A stretch of 64,000 nucleotides of DNA, taken from contig NC_088857.1 of assembly GCF_963853765.1 (NCBI RefSeq), positions 5,952,001 through 6,016,000 of the forward strand. The letters run 5' to 3'. Position 1 is the stretch's first letter, and every line of letters begins with the position of its first letter. Of the stretch, positions 58,101-64,000 are shown piece after piece. The stretch comes from Magallana gigas. Its lineage: Eukaryota. The translations under genes and the position numbers were made by a program. The notes beneath the pieces are model-generated. The model did not search any database, was not told where the DNA came from, and saw only the letters and a list, made by a program, of their open reading frames with translations.

Positions 58101-60370
58101 TGTTAAAATATTCTAATGGTAAAATGGAAATTACTCAAGGTATTTGATTGATATTATCAGTGGTCTAAAGATATCCAAATAAAAAATAAAATTATTTATC
58201 TGAATTACCAAAAATGCTTACACCTATTTTTTCATTTGAAATGTGATAAAATATGATCAAATTTGATTTTCTTTACAGCATCACAAACGTAAGAAGCTAC
58301 TGGAGGACTACGCTGTGCCTGACTACTTCACTGATGATCTTTTCCAGTTTGCTGGGGAGAGAAGACGTCCTCCATACCGGTAAATCTTTAAATCACAAAC
58401 AAACAAAAGGTTTATAGAGAGAATCAGACTTGGTCCTCTTGATAACCCTATCAGGCTTGGGTGTGTGTATAATCATTCTGTAGATTAGCCTACCATCTGC
58501 TCTGTGTTACAGCTGGTTTGTGATGGGACCTGCACGTTCTGGGACTGGCATACACATCGACCCTCTAGGAACCAGTGCTTGGAATGCCCTTGTTTCAGGA
58601 CACAAGAGGTTTGTTAATGAGACTTCTCTTTAAAACCATTTTAACAAGACCTTGGACTTTCTGTAGTATGTAACTATCCTTTTCTTGCATCAAAACAAGT
58701 TAAAAATTATGCTGGTTTGAAGTGAAATATACACAGATTGCTGAGTCTTAGCTCAAAAGCCAGACAAATCTTGTTGATTTCAATGAGCTATGGCTGAGTG
58801 GCCAGCAATGAAATAGACAGATCTATGTCACATTGCTGTTTAACACAACTACTCAAAGTCCAAGCTCCTCTTAATATGGTTCTATGTATAATGTACCTGT
58901 ATGTGGAGTATTTGGTAGTGAACAATGATTCGGAGACAATGATCATGTATAAATATAGCCTTAAAAACAGTTTAGTGAATTGGTCTATAGAGCTCAATAC
59001 TTACCAGGTAACCAGAGTTTAAATTGTTTTACAGATGGTGCTTACTGCCAACAAATACCCCCAAAGAACTGGTGAAACCCCGGCCTGGGGAGGGAGGGAA
59101 GCAGAGAGATGAGGCTGTGTCCTGGTTCAAGTATGTGTACCCACGAGTCAAGGATCCATCCTGGCCAAAGGAGTATGCCCCAGTAAGACATGTATTAGAA
59201 TTAAGATATAAAAATTATGTCTAAAAATATATCGTCATAGAGAGAAAGGAAAACAATTTAAGAAACAAAAGAGCTTCATGGAATATGCTAACCTTTTTTG
59301 TCACAGAAAATGTCCTCAGGAAATGTTCAAATGAACATTGAATTAAGACATTAAAATTGGACATGATTAAATGCCCTGATCAGGATTTTTTTCTATGAAT
59401 GACAGTTGGAGATTCTTCAGGGACCAGGAGAGACTGTGTTTGTGCCCGGGGGATGGTGGCATGTGGTTCTGAATTTGGACAGTACAATAGCTGTCACCCA
59501 GAACTTTTGTAGTGTTGTGAATTTTCCAATTGTTTGGCACAAAACAGTGAGAGGAAGACCTAAGCTGTCCAAAAAGTGGTACAAGGTTCTCAAGGTGAGA
59601 GTTATGTCTAAATTTTTGCTTTTTAAAGAGAATGAGGTAAAATTATACACAACTAACATCATACAAATGTACAAGAAAATTCAAGAAATGTTAAACACTG
59701 TATATCGAATTTTCATTTTAATTTGCTGTAACTTTCTTTTTTTATTTCAAAGTGTGAATATTTATTTTATAGAAGGAGCGTTCTGATGTGGCAGCCATAG
59801 CGGATAAAGTAGATCTGAACAAACCGACCGGCTTCAACTCGGACAGTTCAAGTTCTGGGTCATCTAGCTCGAGTTCCAGTGAGTGCAGCACCTGTGAGAG
59901 CTCAGACTCAGAGGACGATTCTCAGAAGTCCAAAAGTAAAAGGTGGTACTTAAATCTCTGTTATTTCAAATGTACATCAGTTATTGATTACTTCTTAGAG
60001 ACATAAACTAGTATATGTCAAATGAAAAAAAAGAAAAAATGCAAAACATTGCAAAACATTTACGGGTATTTCAAAACAAATAGTGAACAGGTGTAATTTA
60101 ATAAACATAAATCCTTTTATTTTACAGTCATTACCTTACAGCAACATTATTTAAAATAGTTATACTATGCTGAAAAAAATCTAATAAGCATGCATATTTG
60201 TCCCAAGTATTTAATTATACCAGTATGTTTGTAATTTCAGAAGGAAAACCAGCAAGCAGAGATCGATGACTCCCAATGGTGGGCGTCGCCGTCGTCATTC
60301 GTCTTCTTCCTCGAGTGACGAAAAACACAGTCACCGCAGCATTTCCAGTACTCCAAAGAACTGTAGATGA
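55176..60370 (+). CDS. JMJD6: JMJD6 bifunctional arginine demethylase/lysyl hydroxylase (about 417 aa)
   Basis: Exons 55176-55230, 57316-57527, 57879-58031, 58279-58379, 58513-58608, 59035-59182, 59406-59594, 59773-59942, 60241-60370. [83 protein letters not shown] and a poly-Ser tail. Confidence 0.97.
56120..56388. mobile_element. Short MITE in JMJD6 intron 1
   Basis: TAGGCCTAAAAAAAAAAAGTTGTGTGTTTAGGGTAAC ... GTTACCCTAAACACACAATTTTTTTTATAGGCC. Confidence 0.7.
58632..58820 (+). repeat. Dispersed repeat in a JMJD6 intron, second copy at 63822-64000
   Basis: AACCATTTTAACAAGACCTTG...GTCTTAGCTCAAAAGC.AGACAAATCTTGTTGATTTCA...AATGAAATAG in both. Confidence 0.85.
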
Positions 60371-62364
60371 CACCCAGGGAACTAGCATCCTTACTTAGAA
60401 CCACAATTACAGGAACTCTAGCATCAAATGGCAAAACCAACACACTGACATTTTAGATAGATTTCTAAAAGAAGTACTTTATGTCCAATCAAAAATGATA
60501 ATCTTAAAAAACAAAATTGTGTATCGCAATACTTTTGCTCTTCCATTAATGTCCTTTTTCTTGTGGATTGAATGTTTTAAAGGAGGGTTGGAGGTCAGCT
60601 TTCAGTCCACACAATCATCCTTAAGCTTACTTAAAATTACTGCATTGTTTTCAACTGTTACCATAACGTAGTAAAAATCATTTGCATTTTGTTGAATTGT
60701 TAATTTTGTTCAACACCATATATACCAGTTGTTAATAAAAATCATGAAACTCATTATTTGCTTGTAGAAATTTATTATAGAATGGATGAACCGCCCAGCC
60801 ATGTTAACATAAACAAAACTTTTACTTAGCATTAACTGGCTTCAAGCTAAATTATTTCTTGTCTGCTGTCAGCTGTTAAACCAAAGCCACAAGTAGTGTT
60901 CATTCTTGTTAACCTCTATCAGATTTATGACTTCTCTCACACTAAAGCTTCTGTTCATTATAATATTTGAAATACAATGTATATATGTAATATGTGGTTT
61001 CTCTATTTATATAGAAATGTGTATTATATGATTTTTGATTTTTATCACAACAGAAGGGCTTTTTGTGTTTGGAATTTTTTATTAATGAAATTATAATGAA
61101 TTACTATGATTCCATTTGTAGAGTTGTCAGGAATATCTTAGTTTGTATCAGTTATTATAGTAGGAATCATGCAATGGTTTTCTGATTCAGTTTATTGAAT
61201 TTTTTTCTTTTAAAAAAATGTTGCAAATATGTTCAGGAAGAGTGCCGGATTAGATTTAGTGGGAAAAGGACATGTCAACAAAAACCCATTACTGAAGGAA
61301 GAATTTGCTTAAATATCATTTTATACATTTAATACTTTATATAAAAAATGCATTATTTGAATCAATACATCAGAGTTTTGTATTTTGCAGTGAATGAAAC
61401 CTACAATGACATCAATGTTTGTTTGTAAAGAAGTTGGTCATGTTTATAACTTATTTTTCCATGATTAAAGGATTGTTGGCATTGATGAGTTTATGGTGTT
61501 GTTTTAGCTCACTTGAGGCAGGTCCTGTTGAAGAGAGACTATGAATATTTTTTAGATATATCTTAGACTGAAAGTGTCTTAAAATATTTCATATAGAAGT
61601 TTTTTTAATAAAATAATTATTATAAAATATGTACAATAGAGAGTTTAGGGTGGAAGTTAGGTTATACAAAGCAGTTTCAAGTTTTATAGAAAAATATGCA
61701 GATAATATATGCAAATAAACAAAACAAAGAGAAAGATGGCTGCTTGAATCAACGTTGACATTTGTTGTTCAATTGCAAGTGAGCAACATGACCCTTTGGC
61801 CTCATTTTATTATTTTCTTGTAGTGGAGTATCATGCACTGATTGAATTAAGGGGGAGAGGGTGTCCTCCAACACCCCCTCTGGGAAACTCAAATTTACTA
61901 ATATAAGACTATAAAGTTACCAAAAATGGGTTTAGGATCACTCACCCTATGTCATATCTATCACTCAGACCCCCCCCCCCCCCTAGAAACATTTTCTGGA
62001 TCTGTGTATAGGTATTGTCTCATCAATGAAAATGTAGACACACTGTTTTGAAAAAAAAACAGAGCTAATGGTTAGTAGGGCCCGGGAAATTGAGATCGCA
62101 GTTGACAATATGACATACTAGTAGTGCAAAGATTTTGCTAAAGAGGAAAAATTGGTTGTTTACTTAAGAACAACATTTGTTCAAGATATTAAAATTTCAA
62201 CATGCTGCCCTTATTTCATGCATGTACAGTATTATATTTAGTTTTACGTGTACCTATTATTTTTTTGTAGAAGAACACATTTCTAAAAAATACGCAAAAT
62301 ATTATAAAAATAGTCATCTTCATTGTGAAGTGTTAGTAAAATGTACAGCATTCGGCAAACCACA

Positions 62365-62575
62365 CACAGGCACTTGTTTCTGAGAAAAAAAATTTACCCT
62401 ATAGTATAATAATAACACTAATAATTGTTATTATTATACTATAGGGCATCCTCACAATGTCAGGGGTCCTGAGTCCACTCGTGTCCGTCCCACGGACACG
62501 AGTGGACTCAGGACCCCTGACATTGTGAGGATGACTATAGGGTAAAAAAAATTTTCTCAGAAACAAGTGCCTGTG
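62365..62575. repeat. Nested palindromic element (outer foldback plus inner AT-rich hairpin)
   Basis: Outer arms CACAGGCACTTGTTTCTGAGAAAAAAAATTTACCCTATAG and its complement; central arm CATCCTCACAATGTCAGGGGTCCTGAGTCCACTCGTGTCCGT and its complement; extra hairpin at about 62401-62447. Confidence 0.9.
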
Positions 62576-63160
62576 AAACCACAACATAATTTGCAGCATG
62601 ATGCAAAATGAAATCCTAATATTTAATTTTAAAAAGCTTAAATGTTTGGGGATTTCAGAGTCATTGGTCATCGTCGGAAATCCATGGTCGGTCTCGCGTA
62701 GAGCTTTGACTGTACTTCTGACGATGAGAGGAAAGTGTATGTCCAGTCGAGCTGATCGGTGATCTGTTTCCCCAATGATACATTATTCACTGAGGAGATA
62801 CGTACAGCTCTTATCAATCCCTAGCATTTGCGTCCTCACATAAACGTGTCAACATGCACGTGACGTCGTATATTTTTCTCTTAATGACGAATTTACCATC
62901 ATGCCTTATTAGGTATGATATTTTTTAATCATGAGGTTAATACATGAATGTATCATTGGATACATGGTACAAAATAAAAAAAAATTATGCTCACTTGGAA
63001 AATCAATTTTTGAAAGAGGTAAAAGAACCAAGTATAGATATGTCTGTCATTGTATTAATGTACGTGCATACTTTTTCAAATTTATATGTAAAATATATCA
63101 CAGTTTGAAAAAAAAAACCATTCAAATTTATATACGTTGAAATGCCTTGGAGACCATGAT

Positions 63161-63270
63161 TGGTCAGTAATTGTAGTTATAACACTTTGGTCAGTAATTG
63201 TAGTTATAACACTTTGGCCAGTAATTGTAGTTATAACACTTTGGTCAGTAATTGTAGTTATAACACTTTG
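63161..63270. repeat. 27-bp minisatellite x4
   Basis: TGGTCAGTAATTGTAGTTATAACACTT repeated. Confidence 0.95.
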
Positions 63271-64000
63271 AACAGTATATCGAGGGAGAATTTAGAACTA
63301 CACGTGCATAACGTATGGCAGAATTGACCTGCACAGCGTGCTTCCTTTGCGTAAATAGTGCCAAGGATCTCAAATATATTTATTAAAAGAGCATTCAGCT
63401 GTGAATGGCTTATTCACAATTTGCTGTATAGATTTAACAAACCTTTGGCGAGGTCATCCAGTAATCTGACTCTGTGGGACTTTACTCGGAACAACTTGTT
63501 ATTCAGAGCTCCAAGACGTTGGCTTTTAACATGAAATAGATCTATAAGTATATTTGCTTCGTCAGGAGGTTCTTTTTAAATACACATTCAAATATGTGTA
63601 TTCGAGCCTGGCGAGAGAATGGATTTAATGTTTAGCATATTAGAGATACTCTATATCACAAAGCCATTAATTTCAATGTAATGAAATAAATCTAAAAAAC
63701 GGACTTGGCCCATGTGTTCTACGTTGACAACAGGCACTTGTTTCCTTAATTTTAAAATTTGACTAATTAATAAAATTTGACTAATTAATAACCTTTATCT
63801 CAGCAATATAACTTGATTTAGAACCATTTTAACAAGACCTTGAACTTTCAGTAGGACGTAGCTTATTTCTTGCGTCAAAACAAGTTGAAAATGACGCGGT
63901 TTCAAGCGAAATATGCACCGATTGTGTAGTCTTAGCTCAAAAGCTAGACAAATCTTGTTGATTTCAGAGAGCCTAGGCTGAGTGGCTGACAATGAAATAG

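Noticed and set aside
59773-59942. Poly-Ser tract with CxxC in JMJD6
   Set aside because: A poly-serine region is a known conserved feature of JMJD6; nothing clearly new.

Overview
AT-rich, intron-containing animal genomic DNA with four N-gaps. Gene content and repeat families suggest a bivalve, probably an oyster (inference). Splicing by eye gives nine protein-coding genes. (1) A minus-strand tandem array of five CD225/dispanin genes (1.6-33.6 kb), each with four coding exons and intron phases 1/0/0. They have a PRRT1/TMEM233-type CC-x-WP-x-G core and are distant relatives of the IFITMs. Copies 1 and 2 lie in a recent segmental duplication. (2) A 15-exon, about 702-aa reprolysin/ADAMTS-like (M12B) gene with an open reading frame, all three zinc-binding histidines replaced and no prodomain. 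(3) An LDLRAD3-like receptor with an added Ig domain. (4) A small 2OG-Fe(II) prolyl-4-hydroxylase-like oxygenase. (5) JMJD6. Intergenic and intronic DNA is rich in non-autonomous DNA transposons (Helentron/HINE-like, TTAA-flanked, TA-flanked, palindromic MITEs) and LINE fragments. Strongest leads: a repeat family carrying a near-perfect IRF/ISRE motif sits 0.8-1.2 kb upstream of dispanin copies 1 and 2, copy 5 has a native ISRE-like element, and the M12B gene looks like a zinc-free pseudoprotease. All gene models are manual and untested against RNA data.
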